From Eledone cirrhosa (Eukaryota), in the NCBI GenBank assembly GCA_964016885.1, contig OZ024747.1, positions 56,792,001 through 56,856,000 on the forward strand: 64,000 nt of DNA. Reading direction: 5' to 3'. Positions within the stretch are counted from its first letter, which is position 1, and each line of letters opens with the position of its first letter. The notes beneath the pieces are model-generated. The model was not told the DNA's origin, made no database searches, and saw nothing but the letters and a program-made list of their open reading frames with translations. Shown in pieces: positions 28,541 through 39,873 of the stretch. Made by a program: the position numbers and the translations under genes.

Positions 28541-29418
28541 TCTTTTAAACTCTCTTGTTACCATATGTCAAATCTGGGTTTCAAATAATTTTGAGAATAA
28601 TAAAGAATTTGGAAAACTTTATTATTAAACTGATGGTTGAATATAAATACTTTAAAACATTGTATCATAGAATCAGGGACAATTTCAGGTGTTTTGTAAC
28701 AAGATTCAACACAAGAGCCATTAAGTTACTCTTAGTTTTCTTAGTGACAACAAGATTACAATATATGGAACCTTGACAAAGGCTTTCTCCAGATCTCCAA
28801 ATGCTAGTTAATATGGCTTCATCTAAGTGAAATACCTCTCCTGCAATTGTCACACAAAGAAATGTACTTCTGGAGAAGCCAACCTGCATCTCATTCTTTT
28901 CCTAATCAGGTGTGCTATACAATTTTTTCATTAACTTTTATAACTTAGTCCAATACCATGATATTTATGTACTTATTTCTCTCAGGTGCATCTACTTTGC
29001 ACTTCTATATTGCTATTGCTACGCCAGTCCTTGAGTATGACACCTCTCAAAACTAGCATATGACCTAGCATTTGACGATGATACTGCAATGACATATATA
29101 CATATAATTCTGTTTGTGAGTGTGTGACTTAGAGGAAATAGATAAATATAAAGTAAATGAAATTGAAAAGTATTATAACTGATGGAGAGACATAGCAGTA
29201 GAGAGAAAGAGAGAGAGAGAGACAAAGAGAGAGGGGGAGAGGGAGAGAGAGAGTAATGAAGAGTATAGACATAGAAAGTTTGGGGAACAGAAATGCAAAA
29301 GAGCAAAAGAAAAAAATGAAAAGGAAGTGAGTTAAAGGGAAAGAAATAAGGACTGAATGAAAAAAAGGAGAGGAGAAAGAAGACCACAAGTGGTAACAAC
29401 ACACACACACACTGTTGC

Positions 29419-29452
<34 letters not shown>

Positions 29453-29522
29453 ATGTATTATATATATATGTTTATAATAACATATATATGTGTGTAATGC
29501 AAGCATGGAAAGGCAGCTGTTA

Positions 29523-29611
<89 letters not shown>

Positions 29612-29614
<3 letters not shown>

Positions 29615-29830
29615 TGATTACACAACAGTTAGTTCACCATACCGAGAACAATTGTTTCACCTTAGCGGATCCTCAGCTCGTAATAAAGGATTACAAGCTG
29701 AGGATCCGCTAAGGTGAAACAATTGTTCTTGGTATGGTGAACTAACTGTTGTGTAACCACTTCTACCTAACTCGTCCAATGGATGGACTGAGTGCTCTAC
29801 CACTACGGATATTACCTTCCAGTGTTCTAC

Positions 29831-29835
<5 letters not shown>
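29612..29835. mobile_element. Fold-back element in (TA)n with two inverted intact HHR cores
   Basis: Minus 29643-29680 reads cgag CTGAGGA t cc gctaa gg t GAA ACAATTGT T ctcg. Plus 29694-29731 has a caag/cttg stem I. The same family occurs singly at 38711-38860. Confidence 0.8.
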
Positions 29836-29869
<34 letters not shown>

Positions 29870-29961
29870 GGAAAAATTTGAACAGGGACAAAACAGAGAG
29901 GCAGTACAATAAATGTTTATTAATTTCACGCTCAGGAGAGTGGGGGGGGGGTAGGTGGGGG

Positions 29962-29994
29962 ACGACGTTTTCGGGCATAAGCCCTTCCTCAGGT
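29962..29994 (-). ncRNA. Minimal hammerhead motif
   Basis: ac CTGAGGA a gggc ttat gccc GAA AACGT C gt. Stem I is only 2 bp. Confidence 0.5.
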
Positions 29995-30119
29995 GAGAAG
30001 TGTGTGGGAACAGAGTTCAAAAGGTGTGTAGGGGAGTGGTGGAGAAACATATAGCGAAAGGAAACGGTGCGAATGAAAAATTAACAAATAAAGATAAAAA
30101 ATAAAAATATATATAGAAG

Positions 30120-30170
30120 AGCTTCTACAGGACTAGAACTGTTTCATTCGTGAGAAATCATCAGGAAGCT
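30120..30170 (-). ncRNA. Type I hammerhead ribozyme (intact core)
   Basis: agcttc CTGATGA t ttc tcac gaa t GAA ACAG ttctagtc CTGT A gaagct. Stem I sequence differs from the 26783 copy but is fully paired. Confidence 0.8.
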
Positions 30171-30699
30171 GGCTGTCCAAGTAACTAGTAGTATTTATGT
30201 ATTTCCTTATCTGGTGGTAGGAGAGGGTGGGGATTGGGATGGGTGTAGGTCATTGGTTGAAGGATTCAAAGAATGGGGATTCATTAAAAGCTAATTCTTT
30301 AAAGCTATAATATTAACAACAGCAGAAAGAATACTGTAAACAAATTCAAAATTTGATTACCAATCCTTGTTTATCACTTAGACTAACAATGGCTGTAAGA
30401 CAGGTGTCTACAGGATGGGCGGGGTTCAATGGTTTAAAGAAAAGGGAAATGTTTTAGAAGCTAATTCTTTAAGGCTAAAATGAGGGTGACAAAGGCAGAA
30501 AAGGTTCCATCAACAGATTCAAGTGTTGGGTGAATCCCCTATAGTGAAGTTTCTCTAATTATATATTATATATATTCCAGGTGTCCACAAACACATTCAC
30601 ACACGCGCCCACTTACACACGTACACACACTTACATGCACGCACACACAGGCAGGCACACACACAACAAACATGCATAATGGTACATACACACATACAT

Positions 30700-30996
30700 A
30701 CATACAAATACATACATACACATATACATATATGTGTACATACATATGCACACATATACATATATATATATATACATATGTATACACACATATATATATA
30801 TATGTGTGTGTGTGCATACATATGCATATACATATGTATATATATATATATGTATATGTGTGCGTATGTATGTACATACATACACACACATATACATATA
30901 TATATATATATACATATGTAAATACATATGTATACACACATGCATATATACATATATATATATATATATATGTGTATACATATGTATATACATATG

Positions 30997-31028
<32 letters not shown>

Positions 31029-31079
31029 CGTATGTATGTACACATACATACACACATATATATATATATATATACATAT

Positions 31080-31133
<54 letters not shown>

Positions 31134-31560
31134 ATATGTATATATATATATATATATGTGCGTATGTATGTGTACATACATACGCACACACACACACACA
31201 TATATATATACATATGTATATACATATGTATACATATATATATATATATATATATGTATATATGCATGTGTGTATACATATGTATTTACATATGTATATA
31301 TATATATATATATATGTATATGTGTGTGTATGTATGTACATACATACGCACACATATACATATATATATACATATGTATATACATATGTATACACACATG
31401 CATATATACATATATATATATATATATATGTGTATACATATGTATATATATATATACACACATATATATATATATATATATACACATATATATATATATA
31501 TATATATGTGTGTATATATATATGTATGTATATGTATATATCTATATATATATATTATAT
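30700..31560. repeat. Compound TA/CA/TG microsatellite containing a large inverted duplication
   Basis: The unique marker gtaaatacatatgtatacacacatgcat (~30918) recurs as its reverse complement (~31262-31289). The centre lies in the (TA)n tract at ~31103. Confidence 0.8.
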
Positions 31561-31659
31561 ATAATGGAAATAAAGAGAAAAAGACATAGGGTTGGCCAAT
31601 AAGAAACAAGACATTTATAGAAGAGGTTGCAGGATGTCCACTTAAGTCTTCACCTACCA

Positions 31660-31705
31660 CCACCAACATTACTACAATGACCCCCCCCCCCCCCCCACCG
31701 CCACT

Positions 31706-31737
<32 letters not shown>

Positions 31738-32240
31738 AAACAATAATATCAATAACCCACTGTCACATCTGCCACCACCATCACCACTATTGTCACACCC
31801 ACCACTTCCATCTACACCAATATCACATCCACCACCACTACCATCACAGCCATGACCCCACAACTACTACCACTGCCTCCACCAACACCTCCAGCACCAT
31901 CACTGCCATCAACCACCCCACCACCACAACCACCACCACCATCACCCCACCACCACCACCACCATCACCCCCCCCCCCCCCATCACTACCCCCCCCCCAT
32001 CTTACCACCACAACCACCGCTACCATCAATCCACAACCACCATCACTACCCTCAACCCACACCACCACCACCCCACCACCACAACCACCACTACCATCAA
32101 TCCACAACTACCATCACTACCATCAACGCACCATCACCACCACCACCATCACCCCACCAACATCACTGCCATCAACCCCCCCACCACCATCACTACCATC
32201 AACCCACCACCACCAACCCCCACCACCCTGCCATCTACCT
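31660..32240. repeat. (CAC/CCA)-rich low-complexity tract
   Basis: Directly visible. Confidence 0.9.
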
Positions 32241-32814
32241 CCTTTCACTTGTCTGTTTGTCTGTCTGTCAATCCATAAAAGACTCATCAATTCAAGCTAA
32301 AAACTAAAACTCAACAGAGAAAAATCTTGTGAAACCCTTAGATTCTCCCACATAACTACACAACAGTAACTTCTCACATCCCTTCTCAACCCTTCTCTCC
32401 TCCCTCATCAACATATTGGAACATATAACATGTTGAAGAATGGTAAATGCCATTCTGAAAGTGGAAGAAGGAAATATATAGAGAAGGAGAAAAAATTTGA
32501 AGGAGACTCTTGAAAGAAAAGTTGGTAAACTTAGCCAGCTTTTTCATGGAAAGTTCAGCTTTCCTCTCTTCTCTCTTCACTATTTCAAATGGTTTGTTTT
32601 TGTCAACAACCTTTAAAAAATCCTGGGCTTTCATGAAATCTTGTTAAGTTGTACACTTTATAATGTTTCGTCTTTCTCAAAAACATGTTAGAGAAGACAT
32701 ATAATATATAATATATGTATCTATTATTTATATATATGTATAGTTATAGGAATAACTTTCGTCGGCAGTTACATTTTCGGTGTATGTGAGTCTGAGGCAC
32801 AGGACATGTTTGGT

Positions 32815-32870
<56 letters not shown>

Positions 32871-32955
32871 CCACATATATATCATCATCATCATCATCAT
32901 CATCATCATCGTTTAACGTCCATGTTCCACGCTTGCATGAATTTGGACGGTATAT

Positions 32956-33393
32956 ATGTATATATTAGCAATACTTATTAGCAATACATACCCTTTTCAA
33001 AGACCTCCCTATATAGATAAGAAATGTATAATATGTAAACTAAGCCCCCATATTAACTGTAAAACTAGAAATGTAGTATATAGCATAAGATGTACTGAAG
33101 GACAATGTAGAGATAAGAATATAGTGTACATAGGTGAGACAGCTCGTAGTATAGGGGAACGGATAAATGAACACTGGCGAGAGCTTCAGGATAGTAAAGA
33201 ATCATCTGTACTCTACCAACATGCTAAAATAGAACATAAGGGTAAATTAAAGAACATAGAAATAAAAATAGAATCTACACACAGAAAAGACACAATGTTT
33301 AGACAAATCACAGAGGCAATAAACATAAATGAACTCCAACCAAAATTAAATAGAAAGCATGAATGGAACAGCAACATCACAACTTACAATTAA
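32956..33393 (+). CDS. Penelope-like element GIY-YIG endonuclease domain (5'-truncated element)
   Basis: CxxC...CKTRNVVYSIRC...VYIGETARSIGERINEH...H...RQITEAININELQPKLN: the PLE GIY-YIG with Cys/His linker. The first residues come from flanking microsatellite. Confidence 0.85.
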   Translation: MYILAILISNTYPFQRPPYIDKKCIICKLSPHINCKTRNVVYSIRCTEGQCRDKNIVYIGETARSIGERINEHWRELQDSKESSVLYQHAKIEHKGKLKNIEIKIESTHRKDTMFRQITEAININELQPKLNRKHEWNSNITTYN

Positions 33394-33595
33394 GGACAAA
33401 ATGAAAACACACACACACACATAGAACAAACAACCAACCAGTAACATGTAAATAAACAAATAAATAAACAAATATAAACACACGCAAACACCCGGATGTA
33501 ACACATGCGCAAACTAAGCACACAACACACACAAAAACAAGATGGCGTAGGACAGAACAAAGGAGAGGCACAAAAAACAAAGAAAAGAATCCCCA

Positions 33596-33638
33596 GTTAC
33601 TGAAGAGGTCACAGAATGTGTGACGAAAGAACTTTGAC
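33596..33638 (+). ncRNA. Hammerhead motif in the Penelope 3' pLTR
   Basis: gtta CTGAAGA g gtcaca gaatg tgtgac GAA AGAACT T tgac, ~200 bp downstream of the GIY-YIG stop on the same strand. Confidence 0.7.
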
Positions 33639-33827
33639 AATATATGAACAATCGTCTGGTTGTGGAACCAACCAACCAACCGGAAATTTATAAATTCCTA
33701 AATTTATAAATTTAATTTATAATACATTGAAGTGAAAGCAGCTGCTGCATGTGTTTCTTATTGGCAACATGACCCTCCCAAAGTATAACAATATATATAT
33801 ATATGTATATATATGTATATATATATA

Positions 33828-34245
33828 GTGTGCAAATTTGGACGGGAACAAAACAGAGAGGCAGATATATATATATATATGTTTATTTATTCAATTGAAG
33901 AAAGTTGGTTGATTGAGATGTAACTATCCATTGATATATATGACCAGTAACATATAAATGGATATTTACAACTCCTGTGAATTTTTGTCTGAAGAGAAAA
34001 CATAGGGCAGTTATCAATTGCCAGACATCATCGAAATACGTATAACAAAATAGAGATGGACAAATGAAACCCTCTTTCTTGTTTATTATTATAACAAAAC
34101 TTCGGATGGACAAAAACCGTGGAGTGCTTTACACCTGTTAAGAAAAACTCAGCAGATTTTCAATCAACCAACTTTCTTCAATTGAATAAATAAACATATA
34201 TATATGTCTGCCTCTCTGTTTTGTTCCCGTCCAAATTTGCACTAT
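33828..34245. mobile_element. Inverted-repeat element with an HHR in the loop
   Basis: Arms ~33830-33916 and ~34160-34243 are inverted. Plus 33983-34050 reads ttttgt CTGAAGA ga...ggcagt tatc aattgcc...tc GAA ATACGTAT A acaaaa. Confidence 0.75.
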
Positions 34246-34584
34246 ATATATATACATATATATACATATATATATATATACATATATATATGAAACCGTC
34301 TTTCTTGTTTATTATTATATATATATATGAGGGCGGTGGGTTGGCAGTATCGGTAGAGGGTTGGACGCCATGCTTTGCAGCATAGAGTTACGGCTCTTTA
34401 TGATCTGAGCTCAAATCCCGTTGAGGTTAACTTTGCCTTTCATCCTTATGGGGTCGATAAAATAAAGTACCAGTCACGCACTGGAGTTGATTTAATCGAC
34501 TTTCCCTTCCCCCCAAATTACTGGCCTTGTGCCTATATAAGAAACCATTATTATATATATATATATATATATCTATCTATCTAT

Positions 34585-37500
34585 CTAAGGCGGGTAAAAT
34601 TCCCGAGATCCATGGACGAGTTCTCTCCAGCGGTCTCTGTCCCTCATTATCGCTGCCATATCCTGCATCTCCAACAGACCAGTGTCTGTCCTTAGGGCAT
34701 CAACATATGTTAACCTTGGTCTTCCTCTTCTAGTGTGTCCATGTAGGGGCTCCCAAAGGAGCACTGAGTGCAATGTCAACTCTGGATGTCGGTGAGCATG
34801 TCCAGCCAACCTCAGTCTCCTCTGTGTCACATTTGAGCTGACTTTTGGGATGCTCCCATACAGCTCTGAGTTTTTCATCCTCAGTGTATACTGATTAATG
34901 TTCAGAGCCATCCTCAGCATTCTCGTGTAGCACCCATCCACCATCTGAGTGAGTCTCTTGGTCAGTGTCCAAGTCTCAGACCCATACAGCAGCACAGACT
35001 CCACTACAGCAATGAAGAGGCGGATTTTCAGGTCTCTACGAAGGTCCGACTTCCACACCGATCTCAAGCTGTGACACGCCGCCCAGGCCTTGCTCTTCCT
35101 CTCAACCACATCATCCTCCGTATTCCCAATCTTTGCTCCCAAATACAGGAAGTCCTCAACCAATTCCAGCGGCTTCCCGCCTACATTAGTGATCCCCTCT
35201 GGCTTCTCAACATTCTCTACCAGATATTTTGTTTTAGTCTCATTCATTCTCAGCCCCACACTCATCGACACAGTCTCAACCTCCCGCATCAAATCCTCTG
35301 CCTCCTTCACTGTATTTGTCACCAAAACTATGTCGTCGGCAAATTCAGCATCCGATACCTTTTTTGCCCCAACTCTCCTGCTCTGAGCCGGTGCTACAGT
35401 AAAGCCAGTGTCCTGGTGTTTCTCCAGTGCAAGGCGCATACAATAGTCCACTACGATGATAAAAAGGTAGGGAGCCAATGTATCTCCCTGGAGCACTCCA
35501 GCCAGTATCTCAAAGAACTCTGTCATCCCATCAGGTGTAATGACTTGGGCTTTGGTGTTGGTGTAGAGCAGTGATATCAGGTCCACTATCCTCTTGGGGA
35601 TTCCATAAGCCTGTAAGATCTTCATCAGGCAGTAACGGTCCACAGAATCAAAGGCCTTCCTAAAGTCAATGAAAACCATGACCGCAGGAAGGCACTTTGC
35701 TCTAGCTCCCTCTAATATCCTCCTCAGCATCAGGATGTGACTGGTGGTTGATCTACCCTCTCTGAAGCCGTTCTGGTTGTCCCTGAGCTTCTTCTCCATC
35801 TCAGGCTGGATCCTGTTAAGAATCATCCTGTTGAGGGTCTTTGCCACAAGTGATGTCAGTGAGATCCCCCGGTAGTTGTTGGTGTTAGAGAGATTTCCCT
35901 TCTTTGGCACTGGGACGATGTTACTGATCCTCCACTGATTCGGGGCAACTCCTTTCTCCAGTGCCCCGTTACAGAACCCCAAGATGATATCATCAAAATC
36001 ACACCTCCTCATCACCTCTGATGCCACTCCATCTTCTCCATGAGCCTTGCCCTCCTTGATCTTCTTCTTGGCTCTCTGAAGCTCCTCTCTGGTGAAGGGC
36101 TCTGTCTCAACATCCAGTTCCTCAAACAGCCGCCTGATCTCCCCAGTGCTCTGGGCTGTGGAGGGTGGCTCTCCTAGTAGGGTCCTAAAATGGTCTAGCC
36201 ATTTCTTCTTCCTATCCTCGGGCCCCGTTCCCTGGATCTGACTCGAACACCTTTTCTTCCTCCCTGTGATCTCGTTGATGATCATCCAGCTCTCCTTACA
36301 TCCAGATCTGTCAACCGCTCTCTCCACACTTCTGATCTTCTCTATCAGTGCCTCCTCTCTGACCTCAGTGTAAGCGGTACAGAGCTCTTCCCTCATCACC
36401 TCCACAGTCTCCATCCTCTCCTCCGTAGGATCAGCATAGAATTGGTCCCTGGCAGCTTTCAGGTGTTCTCTAGCTGCACACACTTTTGGGTTTGCAGAGC
36501 TGACGTGCTTCCCTTTGTTCTTTTTCCTCGGCACCAGGGTTTCACTTGCTTTCGCCACTGCATTGGTGAAGTGCCCATACCTCCTCGTCACACTCTCCTC
36601 AGTCCATCCAATCTCTCTCTCCTCTGACTCTCCACACAGAGCACTAAACCTGTTTCTCACTTCCACTGTGAACCTCTCCTGTAGCTTATCATCTTCCTTG
36701 AAAGCTCCCCAGTCATAGATTGTTCTCCGGGGCTGAGCCTTGCTCTTTCTTAAGCTCACGCGGACCTCACTCATAACAAGCCGGTGGTCACTACCCAGTG
36801 TACTGAAATAGCTGTATGGTTCCGTGTTCAGAACACTATTCCGCCACTTTTTCCTCACCAGAATGAAATCAATCTGGGACTTGGACAGGTGCATATCTGA
36901 GATGTAGGTCCACATCTTCCCCAGATTCTTCCTAAACCTTAGGTTGGTCGCCATCAAGTTCGCCTCCAGGAGGGTGTCTCTCAGTAGTCTTCCATTTCGG
37001 TTGGTGTTGTTATGGAAGTACCAGCAAGGATCTTCACTGCCCTCCTTACTCAGATGTGCATTGAAGTCCCCCAAAACAAGCAGGATATTGTGTGCCTGAG
37101 TGGTGTTGACAGCTCTACACACCTCCTCATGGAACTCCTCGGCATTCACATCACTGTCCCCCTCGGTTGGACTATAGGCTGAGATGACTGTCGGTCTTGG
37201 GTTTCCATTGAAGGTCACCCTCAACACTCGCGGGGAGATAGGCATTATTTCCCTCACCAACAGATTGGTTTTTGCACTGAACACAAAACCCACTCCTCCT
37301 ACTGCAGCATTTGTTGTGTTCTTCACTGCCGATGTAGTGATGAGCTAGCTCTTCCTCCCGATCATCACACTCCTCACGGGCTCATCGTGTAGAATCCTGT
37401 GTTTTTGGATCGCAAGTATCTGTATACCACTCTCCTCGAACAGATGTCCCAACTCCTCTCTCTTCTCCAGCGTTCGAATAGTCCTCACATTCAAAGTGCC

Positions 37501-37719
37501 CATTTTGATGGCTCTTCTGCAGGACAAAACTGCATTCTTTATATTTGTCTCAGAGACAGCTGATCCATCATCCACTGGCCCTCTCTGTGGCTCTAAGCCA
37601 GCAGAGTCATAACGACCAGGCTGCTCATTGACAGTGTAATTAGGGGCTCTAACCCTAGTGCTGTTAGATCGACTCTCCATATTTCTTTTCAATGGCTGAC
37701 AATACCTTACCGGCGCCAC
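34585..37719 (-). pseudogene. Near-intact RTE-clade (RTE-X-like) LINE ORF: AP endonuclease plus reverse transcriptase
   Basis: The 124-aa and 913-aa ORFs are in frame, separated by one TAG at 37345-37347. Motifs GTLNVRT, LGDFNAH, SDHRLV, NYRGISL, QNGFR, FIDFRKAFDSV, GVLQGDTLAPYLF, FADD, FLYLG. (TAGA)n tail at ~34570-34587. The 5'UTR extends to ~37890. Confidence 0.95.
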
Positions 37720-37893
37720 TCGAATAAGGTAGTTATTTAACCCATAAATGGAGCCCTAACAGGTACTACCACCCCGGGCCAGGGCAGACCTGGGAGTCAT
37801 GACAACTAAGGGGTAACTCCACATTCCCCACATCTCCTGAACTCCCGAACTGGAGCCTTGCCACTGGATGTAGTTTAATGTCATACCCAGGAC

Positions 37894-37946
<53 letters not shown>

Positions 37947-37957
37947 GTGTGTGCATG

Positions 37958-38305
37958 TGAAGGCCCATGGCTTTGTGGTTAGAGCTTTGGGTTTGTAATT
38001 ATGAGGTTATGAGTTCAATTCTCAGACCAGGTGCTTTGTTGTGTCCTTGAACAAGACATTTTCTTTCATGTTGTTCAAGTTAATTCAGCTGTAGAAATGA
38101 GCTGGGATGTCACTGGAGCCAATCTATATTGGCCATTGCCTTTCACTTGGACAACATTTGTGGCATAGACAGGGGATACTGGTATACATGATACTGGTAT
38201 ATAGACTGCTGGTCTTCTCAAACAAACCTTGCCTGCAGTTGTGTCTTGAAGTGGAAACTTTCTGGGCACAAATCCGATAATCATTTGTGAATAAAGGCAG
38301 TCTTA
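37958..38305 (+). mobile_element. CORE-like tRNA SINE with a different 3' region
   Basis: tggctttgtggttagag, gagttcaattctcagacc, and gtgtccttgaacaagaca...tcagctgtagaaatgag. Confidence 0.65.
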
Positions 38306-38419
38306 TATATATATAATTTTTTTTCTTATTTTTTCCTCTTTCCTCTCACTATCCAAATGGAATCTGAACCATTAAGGTTCTGATTCTTGGATATGTCACT
38401 ATTTATAAAAGAAATTTTG

Positions 38420-38480
38420 TATTTTATCTGATGAGAGCATACCAAAGTTTTGGTACCCTTGACATATATATAATAGAATA
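38420..38480 (+). ncRNA. Degenerate hammerhead motif
   Basis: tattttat CTGATGA ... GAc ATATATAT A atagaata. Stem I is 8 bp, with a core GAA>GAC mutation. Confidence 0.5.
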
Positions 38481-38521
38481 AATATGGTTTTATAAATATA
38501 GTTTCCATTTATTAATATCAT

Positions 38522-38557
<36 letters not shown>

Positions 38558-38578
38558 CCTTCATATCATGTTCTCCTG

Positions 38579-38645
38579 TTTTATCTGATGAAAACACAAA
38601 TATTATTGCTTGATGATGTTTGTTTTTGAAATGCGCATAATAAAA
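38579..38645 (+). ncRNA. Type I hammerhead ribozyme (intact core)
   Basis: ttttat CTGATGA, long stem II acaaatattatt/gatgatgtttgt, then GAA ATGCGCAT A ataaaa. Confidence 0.75.
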
Positions 38646-38677
38646 TATATGGAACTCCTTTAACCATCTTTTGATCT

Positions 38678-38710
<33 letters not shown>

Positions 38711-38717
38711 ACCATGT

Positions 38718-38767
38718 CCATTACGAGCTGAGGATCCACTAAGGTGAAACAATTGTTCTCGTTATGG
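38718..38767 (+). ncRNA. Type I hammerhead ribozyme (intact core)
   Basis: ccattacgag CTGAGGA t cc actaa gg t GAA ACAATTGT T ctcgttatgg. Stem I pairs at 9 of 10 positions. Confidence 0.8.
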
Positions 38768-39220
38768 TGAACTAACCGTTGTGTAACCACTTCTACCTAA
38801 CTCGTCCCATGGACTGAGTGCTCTACTACTTCGGATATTACCTTCCAGTATTCTACCACTATATAAATATATATATATATATATATTTTACAGTCAGTAG
38901 GCATCTCTAACAAAATACACCCCATCCACACCACCCCTTTCAATGTAAAGTTATGTTGGTACCACAACATCCAGTCCTAAATAAATGAGGTCATGTAGGT
39001 GTCACGACAAAAAAACACACAGTCCACGCTGTAATGTGGCCGTGTAGGCAACACGGTAAAAACCTCCCAGCCCCACACTGTAAATGTGGTTGGTGTTAGG
39101 AAGGGCATCCAGCTGTAGAGAACCCGCCAGACAGTCCTATGCGAGCAAGACAACCACTCTTGCCTCAAGTGGGAAAACTCCCGTCCAAACCCATGCAAGT
39201 GTGGAACACGGACGTTAAAC

Positions 39221-39253
<33 letters not shown>

Positions 39254-39256
39254 ATA

Positions 39257-39530
39257 CAGGGCCAGATTTAATGGGGTCAAAGTGTGCAATTGCTCCAGGC
39301 CCCTTGCAGTGAGGGGTTCCACCAGCGATGGCCATAGCAATTTATATGTGCCCTCAGCTGGGATTTTTAGATTTTGAATTTTTGAATGTAATACCTGTAT
39401 GTATAACTTCTCAAATCCAATTACTTGTGCCAAGCTAACTTTGATATGTAAAATTGGGGGAGAGGGGTGTCTATATACTCTAATTTTTTGTGTATGCCCC
39501 CTCCCCCATCAAGGTCTAAGTCCAACCCTG
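39257..39530. mobile_element. hAT-like MITE
   Basis: cagggccagatttaa ... ctaagtccaaccctg. Homologous to 50007-50289. Confidence 0.75.
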
Positions 39531-39670
39531 TATATATTTATATATATATATATATATATATACAGTATTTTCCGTTGTGTTGTAATATAAATATTACACA
39601 CAGTAGATTATCAGCTCACGTAGAGTTTGCTCGACGGTTCCAGTTGTAGTTCCAAAAGTAATCCGGAGAA

Positions 39671-39873
39671 AAATAGAAAGATTTGAATGGATACAGTTTA
39701 GTTGAAAGGAATTTATTGACTGATGAAATGACAGTAAATAATAACATTGAAATATTGAATGTCTGCATAACTAAAAGTTTGTAGATAGCTGTTTTAGGTT
39801 ATGTAACTGTTATAGAAACACGTGTCAATAAATTCCTTTCAACTAAACTGTATCCATTCAAATCTTTCTATTT
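39671..39873 (+). mobile_element. 50-bp perfect inverted repeat enclosing an HHR core
   Basis: Arms 39671-39720 and 39824-39873. CTGATGA at 39720, stem II atgacagt/actgttat with a large insert, GAA ACACGTGT C at 39815-39826. Confidence 0.7.

Noticed and set aside
29694-29731. cgag/ctcg to caag/cttg as compensatory covariation
   Set aside because: Both changes are CpG transitions and could be neutral deamination, so they were not counted as evidence of selection.
32386-32634. 82-aa minus-strand ORF as a host exon
   Set aside because: No recognisable domain and no clear splice donor.
35071-35574. Antisense ORFs overlapping the LINEs
   Set aside because: Shadow frames of the RT coding sequence.
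37750-37890. HDV-like ribozyme in the RTE 5'UTR
   Set aside because: Known for some RTE elements, but the nested double pseudoknot (P1-P4, P1.1) could not be assigned by eye.
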